From the NCBI GenBank assembly GCA_965220745.1, contig CBDCQT010000013.1, positions 96,001 to 160,000 on the forward strand: DNA of 64,000 nt. The letters are read 5' to 3'. Each line of letters opens with the position of its first letter. Positions within the stretch are counted from its first letter, which is position 1. This document shows, one piece after another, positions 29,769-39,400 of the stretch. This stretch comes from Alphaproteobacteria bacterium. Its GTDB lineage: Bacteria; Pseudomonadota; Alphaproteobacteria; UBA828. The position numbers were made by a program, and so were the translations under genes. The notes under the pieces are model-generated. The model did not search any database and was not told the DNA's origin. It saw only the letters and a list, made by a program, of their open reading frames with translations.

Positions 29769-31154
29769 ATGAGCGACGACTGGCACCGGAAGAGCGCGCT
29801 TGCGCTCGGCGCGGGCATCGAGAGCGGCGGTATCGACCCGCGCGCGTTGACCGAGTTCTTCCTCGAGCGAATCGAGGCTGCCGACGGGGATCGCACGATC
29901 TACCTGCGCCTCACCGCCGAGCGCGCCCGCGCCGAGGCCGATGCCGCGCACCGGCGCGCCCAGGCCGGGCTCAGGCAATCGCCGCTCGACGGCGTGCCGA
30001 TCTCGTGGAAGGACCTCTACGACATTGCCGGCGACGTCACCGGCCACGGCACGCCGGCGCTGGCGGACCGCATCCCCGCGCGCGACGCGGCGGTGCTCGC
30101 GCGCGCTACCCGTGCAGGCCTGGTTTGCCTCGGCAAGACCAACCAGACCGAGTTCGCCTTTTCCATCCTTGGACTCAATCCCAAGCTGGGCACGCCCCCC
30201 AATCCGTTCGACGCCACCGTCGCCCGCCTGCCGGGCGGCTCGTCCTCCGGGGCGGCGGTTTCCCTCTCGCGCGGCCTCGCCGCTGCCGCCATCGGCTCGG
30301 ACACGGGTGGCTCGGTGCGGGTGCCGGCCGCGTGGAATGGCCTCGTCGGTCTCAAGACAAGCTTTGGGTTGCTGCCGCTGGATGGTGTGCTCGGGCTCAG
30401 CACCAGCATGGACACGGTGGGGCCGCTCACCCACGACGTGGCCGACGCCGCGGCGCTTTTCGCGGTGCTCGACGGGCGCTTCGGCGCGGGCAATCGCCCC
30501 GCGCCCGACCTCGAAGGCGCCGCGCTCGACCGTGACCGCTTCACGCTGCCGACCACCCTCGTGTGGGAGTCCCTCGATGCCGGGGTCGAGGCCGCCACGC
30601 GGGGCGCGGTCGAGCGCCTGCGGGCAGCCGGCAGCGCCATCGACGAGACGCCGGTGCCCGAGTTCGGCGAGGCCGAGGAGTTGGTCGGCCGCCTCGGCCC
30701 TTATCACGCCGCCGAATGCCACGCGCTCTGGTACGACGTGATCGAGTCGCGGCCCGAGCAGGTCTACACGCCCATCCTGGAGCGCATTCGCTCCGGCGCG
30801 GAGATGTCGGCCACAGATGCGGCGCGGGCCAAGCAGGGACTCGACGAGATCGCCGGACGCCTGCACGCGCGAATCAGGCGGCAGGGCGTTCTCGTCATGC
30901 CCACGGTGGCTGTGAGCCCGCCGCCCATCGCCGACCTCGAAGCCGACATCGAGGTCTACCGGGCCGCGAACGCCGCGATCCTGCGCAACACGCGCTTGGC
31001 CAACTACCTCGCGTGCTGCGCGCTGACGCTTCCCTGCGGGCGGGACGGCAACGGCGTGCCGGTGGGGCTCATGCTGATGGCGCCGCCCGGCGACGAGGAG
31101 CGCCTGCTGCGCTTGGGGAGTGCTATCGAGCCTGTGCTGGCTGGCGACTCCTGA
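29769..31154 (+). CDS. Amidase signature family protein
   Basis: GVPISWKD, PGGSSSG, GSDTGGSVR. Confidence 0.92.
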   Translation: MSDDWHRKSALALGAGIESGGIDPRALTEFFLERIEAADGDRTIYLRLTAERARAEADAAHRRAQAGLRQSPLDGVPISWKDLYDIAGDVTGHGTPALADRIPARDAAVLARATRAGLVCLGKTNQTEFAFSILGLNPKLGTPPNPFDATVARLPGGSSSGAAVSLSRGLAAAAIGSDTGGSVRVPAAWNGLVGLKTSFGLLPLDGVLGLSTSMDTVGPLTHDVADAAALFAVLDGRFGAGNRPAPDLEGAALDRDRFTLPTTLVWESLDAGVEAATRGAVERLRAAGSAIDETPVPEFGEAEELVGRLGPYHAAECHALWYDVIESRPEQVYTPILERIRSGAEMSATDAARAKQGLDEIAGRLHARIRRQGVLVMPTVAVSPPPIADLEADIEVYRAANAAILRNTRLANYLACCALTLPCGRDGNGVPVGLMLMAPPGDEERLLRLGSAIEPVLAGDS

Positions 31155-32712
31155 CCGGCACCGCGCCCGCCGATGGGAGCGGAATAGCCAGCGAGCGCCC
31201 GGTCATCGCCGCCGGCGTGGGCAAGCCCATCAGGCCGAGGACGGTCGGCGCGATATCGGAAAGCCCGCCGTCGCCGAGCGCCAGCCCCGGCGCACCGACC
31301 AGCACGGCGGGGACGGGGCCGTCTGTGTGGGCCGTGTGGGGGGTCGTGCCGTCGGCGCCCCGCATCAGCTCGGCGTTGCCGTGATCAGCGGTGATCAGCA
31401 ATGCGCCGCCAGCCTCCTCCACGGCACCGGCGAGCCGGCCGAGGCACCGGTCCACCGCAGCAACCGCCGCCATCGTAGCCGCGAGGTTGCCGCTGTGGCC
31501 CACCATGTCGGTGTTGGCGTAATTCACGACGATCAGGTCGAAGCCCCCACCCGCAACCGCGTCGACCGCGCGGTGGGTCACCGCCGGGGCCGACATCTCG
31601 GGCTGGAGGTCGTAGGTCGCGACCTTGGGCGAGGGCACGAGCACCCGCTCCTCGCCCGGCATCTCCTTCTCCTCGCCGCCGTTGAGGAAGAAGGTGACGT
31701 GGGCATACTTCTCGGTCTCGGCGACACGAAGTTGCCGCAGCCCGGCGCGCGAAACGACGTTGCCCAGATGGTCCGTCACCGTGAGCGGCGGGAACAGCGT
31801 GTCGGCCAGGCGATCCAGGGTCTCGGAATAGCTGCACATGCCGCAGGCTGCGGCGACGCTTGCGCGGCGCGTGCGCGTGAAGCCGTCGAAGGCCGGATCG
31901 AGCAGCGCCGTCATGATCTGGCGCGCGCGGTCAGCGCGGAAGTTGGCCATGATCAGCCCGTCGCCGTCGGCCATTCCCTCATAGCCGGCGATCACGACAG
32001 GCTCGACGAACTCGTCGCCCACGTCCTCCCCATAGCTCGCGCTCACGGCCTCGATTGCACTTGCCGCGGGCCGGCCCTCTCCGGAGACCACCGCGTCATA
32101 GGCCCGCGCGGTCCGCTCCCAGCGCCGGTCCCGGTCCATGGCGTAGTAGCGGCCGGCAACCGTCGCGATCCGCACGTTGGGCAGGTCGTCAAGTAAGTCT
32201 TCGAATGCCGGCAGATCGTCGATGGCCGAACGCGGCGGCACGTCGCGGCCGTCGAGGAAGGCGTGGACCCGGACCGGAATGTTGTGGTCGCTCAGGATTC
32301 GCGCGAGAGCCGTCATGTGATTCTGGTGCGAATGCACGCCGCCCGGCGAGATCAGTCCCATGAGGTGACAGCGCCCGCCGCTCTCCTTCAGCCGCCGGAT
32401 GAGCGAGAGGAGGGCTGGGTTCTGTGCGAGCGAGCCGTCAGCCACGGCCGCGTCGATGCGAGGCAGGTCCTGCAGGATCACCCGGCCTGCGCCGATGGTC
32501 ATGTGGCCCACCTCGGAGTTGCCCATCTGGCCTTCGGGCAGGCCCACGGCGCCGCCGGCGGTGGCGAGCAGGCCGTAAGGGCGCGCGGCGCACAGCCGGT
32601 CCCACACCGGCGTCTCGGCGAGCGCGATGGCATTGTGCTCGGTCTCGGCCCGATGGCCCCAGCCGTCCAGCACGCAAAGGACGACGGGTCGATATGCGGT
32701 CTTTTGGGCCAT
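31123..32712 (-). CDS. gpmI: 2,3-bisphosphoglycerate-independent phosphoglycerate mutase
   Basis: LDGWG, MGNSEVGH, RYYAMDRD, NFRADRA, AETEKYAH, TADHGN. Confidence 0.97.
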   Translation of the reverse strand: MAQKTAYRPVVLCVLDGWGHRAETEHNAIALAETPVWDRLCAARPYGLLATAGGAVGLPEGQMGNSEVGHMTIGAGRVILQDLPRIDAAVADGSLAQNPALLSLIRRLKESGGRCHLMGLISPGGVHSHQNHMTALARILSDHNIPVRVHAFLDGRDVPPRSAIDDLPAFEDLLDDLPNVRIATVAGRYYAMDRDRRWERTARAYDAVVSGEGRPAASAIEAVSASYGEDVGDEFVEPVVIAGYEGMADGDGLIMANFRADRARQIMTALLDPAFDGFTRTRRASVAAACGMCSYSETLDRLADTLFPPLTVTDHLGNVVSRAGLRQLRVAETEKYAHVTFFLNGGEEKEMPGEERVLVPSPKVATYDLQPEMSAPAVTHRAVDAVAGGGFDLIVVNYANTDMVGHSGNLAATMAAVAAVDRCLGRLAGAVEEAGGALLITADHGNAELMRGADGTTPHTAHTDGPVPAVLVGAPGLALGDGGLSDIAPTVLGLMGLPTPAAMTGRSLAIPLPSAGAVPVRSRQPAQAR

Positions 32713-32770
32713 GACCCGGCCTTCTAACCCGCCTGCCCGCCGTTGGCCACGGTCGGGGCCTCGGGCCGGT

Positions 32771-33292
32771 TCAGTCCGAGTCCGCGCGGTCCGAGCGGCT
32801 GATGGTCACCGGGGCGCCGCCCGTCAGCGTCTGGTAGACCACGCAGTAGCGCTCCGTGAGCTTGTAGAGCTTCTCGAGGTCCTCCGGCGCGGCGTCGCTT
32901 TCCAGCGCGAAGTGCAGGCGGATCGCCCGAAAACCCACCGGCGCGTCGCGGTCGACGCCGAGCGTGCCGCGCACGTCGAGATCGCCTTCGGCGCTCACCT
33001 GCGCGTCCCGGATGTCGATGGAGAGCGCCGTCGCCACGGCTCTCAGCGTCACGCCGGCGCAAGCGACGAGGGCCTGGAGCAGCATGTCGCCGGAGCAGGC
33101 CTGCAGCCCCGTCCCGCCGCCCGAGGGGTGCAAGCCGGCCTCGACCAGTGCCTTGCCGGTATCGACAGAGCACGCGATCTCCGAATCGTCCACCGCGCCG
33201 GAGGCCTTGAGCACGATGAGCGCGGCATCGGCGTCCTCCCGGTAGCGCTCCTTGAGCGGCGCCTGCAGCGATCTGAGTTGGTCGGCATCCAT
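32771..33292 (-). CDS. OsmC-like family protein
   Basis: ACSGDMLLQALVAC, EGDLDVRG, TERYCVVYQTL. Confidence 0.85.
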   Translation of the reverse strand: MDADQLRSLQAPLKERYREDADAALIVLKASGAVDDSEIACSVDTGKALVEAGLHPSGGGTGLQACSGDMLLQALVACAGVTLRAVATALSIDIRDAQVSAEGDLDVRGTLGVDRDAPVGFRAIRLHFALESDAAPEDLEKLYKLTERYCVVYQTLTGGAPVTISRSDRADSD

Positions 33293-33306
33293 GGTGTGAG
33301 TCCTTT

Positions 33307-34659
33307 CTAACGTCGATAGGCGGCGGCGGGATGGCGTGCCGAAAGCCGCGCCTCGCCGAAAAGTTTTTCGCGAAGCGTGCCCGGCGCATAGTCCGATTGC
33401 ACCAGCCCGCGCCGGCGCAGCTCCGGCACCACACCCTCGATGAAGTCCGCGAAGGTGCCGGGCGTGACCGCGTAGACGATATTGAAGCCATCCACGCCCG
33501 CGTCGTGCCAGGTCTGGAACGTGTCCGCGATCTGCTCCGGCGTGCCGACGAGGAACTGGCCCGACGCGCGGGAGCGGATGAGGTCGCGGAAGGTAACCGA
33601 CTTGTCCGGCGCCGATTCGATCAGCCCTCGGACTACGCCCTGCATGGCATCGGTCTCAAGGCTCGCGAGCGGCGCGTCGAGGTCGATGGCACCGAGGTCC
33701 ACGCCGACGCTGCCACTCATGTGCGCGAGGCCGCCTTCGACGCTCGACTGCGCCGCGTAGTCCGCCGCCTTGGCCTTGGCCTCCGCCTCCGTTCCGCCCA
33801 CCACCGGGGTCACACCCTGGAAGAACAGGATGTCCTCGGGATTTCGCCCTCGGCGATCGGCACGGGCGCGGACGTCCTGCACCACACCGGTGGAGGCCTT
33901 GAGGCTCCGCATGGAGGCGAACATGAAGACGCACTCGGCGTGGGTCGCGGCGAACTCTCGCCCGCGCTCCGACGAGCCCGCCTGGAAGAGCAGCGGCGTG
34001 CGCTGCGGCGAAGGCTCCGAGAGGTGCGGCCCCTCGACCTCGTAGTAGGCGCCGGCGTGGTCGATGGGGTGGATCCTGGCGGGGTCGGCATAGCGGCCGC
34101 GCGCGGTGTCGCAGAGCACCGCGTCCTCCTCCCAGCTTCCCTCCCAGAGCTTGTAGGTGACCTCCAGATACTCCTCGGCGCGGACGTAGCGCTCGTCATG
34201 GGGCGGCAGCCCGCCGAAGCCGAGATTGGTGCCAGCGTTGGGCAGGTAAGAAGTCACGATGTTCCAGGCGATCCGCCCCCGCGTAATGTGATCCAGCGTC
34301 GAGATCTGGCGGGCGAAGGTGAAGGGCGGCACCTGCAGGACGGAGCTGGTGAACGCGAAGCCGAGATGCTCGGTCGCCATCGCCATGGCCGGGATCAACG
34401 GCATCGGGTCGTTCGCCGGGATCTGCACCGCCTCGACGATCGCGGTCTCCGGTCCGCCGCGATAGAGGTCGTAGGTGCCGATCACGTCGGCGAGGAAGAG
34501 CGCGTCGAAGCCGCCCCTCTCCAGCAGCCGGGCGAGCTCGATCCAGGGCTCGATCCGGTTGAACTCGCGCTGGCGCGTGTCGTCCCGCACCCAGAGACCG
34601 TGCTGGATGTGGGAGACGCAGTTCATCGAGAACGCGTTGAGGTGGATGCGCTTCTTCAT
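33307..34659 (-). CDS. NtaA/DmoA/DszA-type FMNH2-dependent monooxygenase
   Basis: ATG at 34659. FDALFLAD, GRIAWNIVTS, PSPQRTPLLFQAGSS, TLREKL. Confidence 0.9.
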   Translation of the reverse strand: MKKRIHLNAFSMNCVSHIQHGLWVRDDTRQREFNRIEPWIELARLLERGGFDALFLADVIGTYDLYRGGPETAIVEAVQIPANDPMPLIPAMAMATEHLGFAFTSSVLQVPPFTFARQISTLDHITRGRIAWNIVTSYLPNAGTNLGFGGLPPHDERYVRAEEYLEVTYKLWEGSWEEDAVLCDTARGRYADPARIHPIDHAGAYYEVEGPHLSEPSPQRTPLLFQAGSSERGREFAATHAECVFMFASMRSLKASTGVVQDVRARADRRGRNPEDILFFQGVTPVVGGTEAEAKAKAADYAAQSSVEGGLAHMSGSVGVDLGAIDLDAPLASLETDAMQGVVRGLIESAPDKSVTFRDLIRSRASGQFLVGTPEQIADTFQTWHDAGVDGFNIVYAVTPGTFADFIEGVVPELRRRGLVQSDYAPGTLREKLFGEARLSARHPAAAYRR

Positions 34660-34795
34660 CGGCGTCCGCCTCCGGGGTCGCGAACCAGCATGGCACGCCC
34701 GCGCCGGCTGCGAAATGCGCGTGACGTGCCGGCGAGATTGCCCATTCTGTATGGTCGAAATCCTCGAGTCGTTGCGGTGACCGGCGGGGGAGGCG

Positions 34796-35593
34796 ATGGC
34801 GGAAGATCGTGCGGCAAGCGGGACAGTCGGCGTGAAGGGCAAGGTGGTGCTGATCACCGGGGCATCGCGCGGCATCGGCGCATGCTGCGTGCGCGCGCTG
34901 CTCGATGGCGGCGCGTCCGTCGTCATCCACTACAACCATAACCGGGAGGCGGCGGAGGTGCTGGCCGAAGCGGCGCCCGATCGCTGCCACCTGGTGGGGG
35001 CCGATCTGACCGATGAGGAGGCGCCCAAGACGCTCTGGCGAGAGGCGATCGCCTGGCAGGATCGGATCGACGTGCTGGTCAACAACGCGGCGGTCTACGA
35101 GGCGGAGCCCGCCTTCGCCGAAGACGACGCCTGGCCCGAGGCTTGGCGCGCGGTCTGGCAGCGCACGCTGCAACTCAATCTTCTGGCGCCTGCCGAGCTT
35201 GCCACGCGCGCCGTCGCGCACTTCCGCGAGCGCGGCGAGGGCGGCATCCTGATCCACCTTTCGAGCCGGGCCGCGCATCGGGGCGAAAAGCCGCTGCTCG
35301 GCTCCTATGCGGCCAGCAAGGGCGCCCTCAACGCGCTGAGCCATACCCTCGCCCGCACCCACGGCGGCGACGGCATCCTCTCCTACGCGGTGGCGCCGGG
35401 CTGGGTCGGCACCGACATGTCGTGGGACTACATCAACGAGACCGGCGATCGCGGCCCGCTCGGCGAGAACGCTCTGGGCACGCTGATCCCGCCCGAGGAG
35501 GTGGCGAACATCGTGACCTTCCTCGCCTCGGGCGCGGCCCGCCACGCCACAGGTACGGTCATCGATATCAACGGCGCGTCTTTCCCGCGCTAG
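34796..35593 (+). CDS. Short-chain dehydrogenase/reductase
   Basis: TGASRGIG, NNAA, YAASK. Confidence 0.92.
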   Translation: MAEDRAASGTVGVKGKVVLITGASRGIGACCVRALLDGGASVVIHYNHNREAAEVLAEAAPDRCHLVGADLTDEEAPKTLWREAIAWQDRIDVLVNNAAVYEAEPAFAEDDAWPEAWRAVWQRTLQLNLLAPAELATRAVAHFRERGEGGILIHLSSRAAHRGEKPLLGSYAASKGALNALSHTLARTHGGDGILSYAVAPGWVGTDMSWDYINETGDRGPLGENALGTLIPPEEVANIVTFLASGAARHATGTVIDINGASFPR

Positions 35594-35640
35594 CAGGCGT
35601 GAGCCAGTCGTGGAAGGCGCGACAACCACGGAGGACAACC

Positions 35641-36750
35641 ATGAAGGCAACCACAGGCGCAGCGATGCTGGCCACAATTGGTCTGCTGGCACTTCCGGCT
35701 TGCGTGCACGATAACGGGGACGGCGCTTCAGACCGTCCAACGACCGGCGAAATGGACGAGTCCACGGAAACTTTCGACGATTTGCGCGGGACCAACGCGG
35801 CCGAAATCCTGGACGTGACCGGCGAGGCAGCAATTTCGCTGCCCCAATTCGGAGGCGGAGGCGTTGTTCAGTCCGCAGGCGTTGGCGTAGCGGGCGCTTC
35901 CAGCGTTTCCACGAGCTTCGACGGCACTGACTTGACCGTCACGATATCGCGCGAGGATGGCAGCGCGCTGACGCTGAACTCGGGGAGCGACTCGTCCGAG
36001 GGTTCCGAAACCGTCGACTCGCCCATCGCCGGCCACGGCGCTCAAAGTTGGGTCCTGTTTGAGCCCACCACCGACGGCATGTCGGTCGCGATCGCCACGG
36101 TGACCGCGAACGAGGACGATGTGGCCGATTACCTGACCGTGGGTCATTGGATGCACATCGCTGTCGATGTGGCCGAATTCAGCTTCACCGGCGCGGAGAT
36201 CGGAGCGTTCGTCGATGGCCCCGAGCTCTCCTTTGCCTCGCCGGCCAATCTGCCTGCCGGGGGAACGGCGTCATATTACGGGCCGGCATCGGGCGCCTAC
36301 AGCGTCCTTCACGGCACCGACACGGGGGTCATCCCGGGTTCGACGGAGAGCGGCATGTTCAACTCGACCGTCGAGCTCGCGGCCGATTTCGCAGCCAACA
36401 CCATCTCCGGATGTGTGGGCTGCAGCGATGGGGTTGCACTGTTCGGGGAACATTACGACGCAGACACCGGTGAGAGCACCCAAGTCATGTTCGAGGATTC
36501 GGGTTACCGGCTGCACCTCGATCCCACCATTCTCGTCTCCGACGGCGCCTTCCTCGGTCAGCAGATGCGTCTGGAGCACCCGGACATTTCGATCGCGAGC
36601 ACGGAGGGTGCTTGGGGCGGTCGATTCTCGAGTATTGCGGACGGCGTCGGCGATCCCCGCCTGGTGGCCGGCACCTTCGGCGCCGAGGCGACCAGCGCCG
36701 GCGGGAGCGAGGGCGCCTTCCTCGGCTCCTTCGTCGGCACGAAGGAATAG
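35641..36750 (+). CDS. Lipoprotein with a TbpB-like C-terminal beta-barrel (putative)
   Basis: GGAGG ribosome-binding site before ATG 35641. Lipobox LPAC, acidic sequence, GTASYYG, LAADFAANTISG, GAWGGRF, AGTFGA, FLGSFVG. Confidence 0.65.
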   Translation: MKATTGAAMLATIGLLALPACVHDNGDGASDRPTTGEMDESTETFDDLRGTNAAEILDVTGEAAISLPQFGGGGVVQSAGVGVAGASSVSTSFDGTDLTVTISREDGSALTLNSGSDSSEGSETVDSPIAGHGAQSWVLFEPTTDGMSVAIATVTANEDDVADYLTVGHWMHIAVDVAEFSFTGAEIGAFVDGPELSFASPANLPAGGTASYYGPASGAYSVLHGTDTGVIPGSTESGMFNSTVELAADFAANTISGCVGCSDGVALFGEHYDADTGESTQVMFEDSGYRLHLDPTILVSDGAFLGQQMRLEHPDISIASTEGAWGGRFSSIADGVGDPRLVAGTFGAEATSAGGSEGAFLGSFVGTKE

Positions 36751-36759
36751 ACGCCCGGC

Positions 36760-36813
36760 CAGCACCGCGATATCGAACGTGCCGGCAGGCTGGCGAGAGA
36801 GTGGAGGCGGTGA
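36760..36813 (+). pseudogene. C-terminal remnant of an HI1419/RelE-like toxin
   Basis: Reads QHRDIERAGRLAREWRR*, with TGA overlapping the antitoxin ATG (TGATG). No N-terminal part is present. Confidence 0.55.
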
Positions 36814-37099
36814 TGAACGAAGCGTTCACGAAGTGGGATGTTACCGAGCACATCCGGACCCGCGAAGACGCGCGCCTCTACCTGGAAGCCTGCGCGGAAG
36901 AAGATCCGGGCGACGGCAGTCTGGTCCGCGCCGCTCTGAACGACATCGCGCGGGCGGGCAACATGAGCCAGTGGCCCGCGACGCGGGAATGAGCCGCGAG
37001 GGGCTCTACAAGGCGCTATCCGAGGATGGGAACCCCAGCTTTGCGACAGTGACGCGGATCGCACGGGCGCTGGGATTGCAGGTACGGATCACGGCGTAG
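36813..37099 (+). pseudogene. HI1420-family addiction-module antidote (HTH), frameshifted
   Basis: MNEAFTKWDVTEHI...ALNDIARAGNMSQ in one frame, ARDAGMSREGLYKALSEDGNPSFATV in another. One base is missing near 36971. Confidence 0.85.
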
Positions 37100-37121
37100 A
37101 CGCCGCCCCGCCGTCCCAACC

Positions 37122-37910
37122 TCACCGCCCTCGGCGTTCGTAGACGTTCGCTCTCGGGGTGGCGCCGATGCGCCGCGCGATGGCCTTCCACCGAGCGCCG
37201 TGGCGGGCTTCTGGGCCGGCCAGCGCATGGGCGATCTCGTGCAGGATCGTGTCCCTGATCTCGGCCTCGCTCGCGTCCAAGGCATGGGCGCGGCCGATGC
37301 GGATCACACGCTCCTGAAAGTTGCAGTCGCCGAGACGCCGCTCGGCTTCGAGGAAGGCGAAGGTCCACTTGGCGAGGCCGTGCTCATCCATCAAATCCCG
37401 CGCCATCGCGGCGATGCGGGTCAGCCGTTCCGCCCCGTTCCTCAAACGACCCTTGCCGGTGCCCGCATCGCTCAGGCCGGCGTAGGGCACGTTCCACAGG
37501 CTCCGGCCCACCCGCACCCTGGCCTGGGTCGGGTTGAGCTTCACGATCCTGCCCTGAAGCGCGCCGTCGGCGCTGGCAAAGGTCACCCGGTCGCCCACCC
37601 GCCAGCGGGCGCGTGCCGCGTCTTGCGGTGTCAGCATCGTCGCGCGGCGGGCGCGGCCGGAGGGCGAGAGCGCCGCCTCCGACACCTTCCACGTCTGGTC
37701 TTCACCGTCGATCACCGTCGCGAGGCGCCTGTGGCCCGGCCGGCGGAGGAGGTGGCCGTGAATCGTCCGTCCGCGATGGCTGAATCGCACGGCGTCGCCG
37801 ATGGAGAGCGTCCGTTCCTCCTGCCTCTCGGCCACCCGCTCAGTCCTTTCCGGCCCCGCCGAGTCCGCCGCTCGCGCGGTGCCCGGCGCGGGCCGCGACT
37901 CGGCGGTCAT
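37122..37910 (-). CDS. SprT-like zinc metalloprotease with two N-terminal SH3/KOW-like repeats
   Basis: RRLGDC, DTILHEIAHAL (HExxH), HGARWK. Two ~50-aa repeats begin IGDAVRF and VGDRVTF. Confidence 0.8.
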   Translation of the reverse strand: MTAESRPAPGTARAADSAGPERTERVAERQEERTLSIGDAVRFSHRGRTIHGHLLRRPGHRRLATVIDGEDQTWKVSEAALSPSGRARRATMLTPQDAARARWRVGDRVTFASADGALQGRIVKLNPTQARVRVGRSLWNVPYAGLSDAGTGKGRLRNGAERLTRIAAMARDLMDEHGLAKWTFAFLEAERRLGDCNFQERVIRIGRAHALDASEAEIRDTILHEIAHALAGPEARHGARWKAIARRIGATPRANVYERRGR

Positions 37911-38131
37911 TATGCGAAGAATTGTACAGGATTCGACGCCGCAAGGCGCAATTCGTGGGCAGGGTCCGGGGCAGACTTCCCGCCGCTGCCATGAATGCCG
38001 ATGCGCCCAATTTGCCTTGTTTTACGGGCATAACCGCACAATTGCGCACCGGGTGATAGCTCCAAGCCGGAAGCCGTTCTGCGCGTTGACGTATTGACAA
38101 CGGATGCCCGAGGGTTACAAGCCCGGCCGTC

Positions 38132-39400
38132 ATGTTCAGCGCCCGGTGGATTCGCGAGAACGGCGCCGCGTTCGACGCAGGCCTCGCCCGGCGCGGCGTA
38201 GAGCCCCATGCCGAGCAGGTGATAGAGCTCGACGCGCGCAGGCGCGAGGCCCTCACCGCACTTCAGGACCGCCAGAAGGCGCGCAACCAAAAGTCGAAGC
38301 AGATCGGCGCCGCTCGCGCCCGCGGCGAAGATATATCCGACCTCATGGCCGAAGTCGCAGGGCTCAAGGACGCGGCCCAGGCGTTGGAGCGTGAGGAGAA
38401 GTCGCTTGCCACCAAGCTCGACGCCTTGCTGGCCGGCCTCCCGAACTTACCGGCGGACGACGTGCCAGACGGCGCCGACGAGAGCGCCAATGTCGAGATC
38501 AGGCGCTGGGGCGAGCCGGCGCATGCGGACGGCAGCGCGAGGCAACACTTCGAAATCGGCGAGGCGCTCGGCCTCATGGACTTCGAGCGGGCTGCCAAGC
38601 TCTCCGGCTCCCGCTTCGTCGTTCTCTCGGGCGCGCTGGCGCGGCTGGAGCGGGCGCTGGCTGCCTTCATGCTGGACATGCACACCACCGAGTTCGGCTA
38701 CACCGAGACCGCGCCGCCGCTGCTGGTGCGCGACGCCGCCGCCTTCGGCACCGGCAACCTGCCGAAGTTCGAGGAAGACCTGTTCCACACCACGGACGGC
38801 TTCTGGCTGATCCCGACGGCAGAGATGCCGCTCACCAACCTTGCCGCCGGCGAGATCCTGGAGGCGGACTCGCTGCCGCTGCGCTTCACCGCCTACACGC
38901 CCTGCTTCCGGGCCGAGGCCGGCGCCGCCGGCAAGGACACCAGAGGCATGCTGCGCCAGCACCAGTTCTCCAAGGTCGAGCTGGTGACCGTGACCCGGCC
39001 CGAGGACTCGGAGGCCGAGCACGAGCGCATGACCGCCTGCGCCGAGGAGGTGCTGAAGCGCCTCGGCCTTGCCTACCGGGTGGTGGTGCTGTGCGCGGGC
39101 GACATGGGTTTTGCGGCGCGCAAGACCTATGACATCGAGGTCTGGCTGCCGGGGCAGGGGCGCTATCGCGAAATCTCCAGCTGCTCCAACTGCTGGGACT
39201 TTCAGGCGCGGCGGATGAACGCGCGCTACCGCAAGGCCGGCGAGAGGCAGACGCAGTTCGTCCATACGCTCAACGGCTCGGCGCTCGCGGTCGGCCGCAC
39301 CTTGGTCGCAGTGCTGGAGGCCTACCAGCAGGAGGGCGGCGGCGTGGCGGTGCCCGAAGCACTCCGCTCCTATCTCGGCGGCCTGGAGGCAATCGGCTGA
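38132..39400 (+). CDS. serS: Serine--tRNA ligase
   Basis: N-terminal coiled coil, [35 protein letters not shown]. Confidence 0.98.
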   Translation: MFSARWIRENGAAFDAGLARRGVEPHAEQVIELDARRREALTALQDRQKARNQKSKQIGAARARGEDISDLMAEVAGLKDAAQALEREEKSLATKLDALLAGLPNLPADDVPDGADESANVEIRRWGEPAHADGSARQHFEIGEALGLMDFERAAKLSGSRFVVLSGALARLERALAAFMLDMHTTEFGYTETAPPLLVRDAAAFGTGNLPKFEEDLFHTTDGFWLIPTAEMPLTNLAAGEILEADSLPLRFTAYTPCFRAEAGAAGKDTRGMLRQHQFSKVELVTVTRPEDSEAEHERMTACAEEVLKRLGLAYRVVVLCAGDMGFAARKTYDIEVWLPGQGRYREISSCSNCWDFQARRMNARYRKAGERQTQFVHTLNGSALAVGRTLVAVLEAYQQEGGGVAVPEALRSYLGGLEAIG

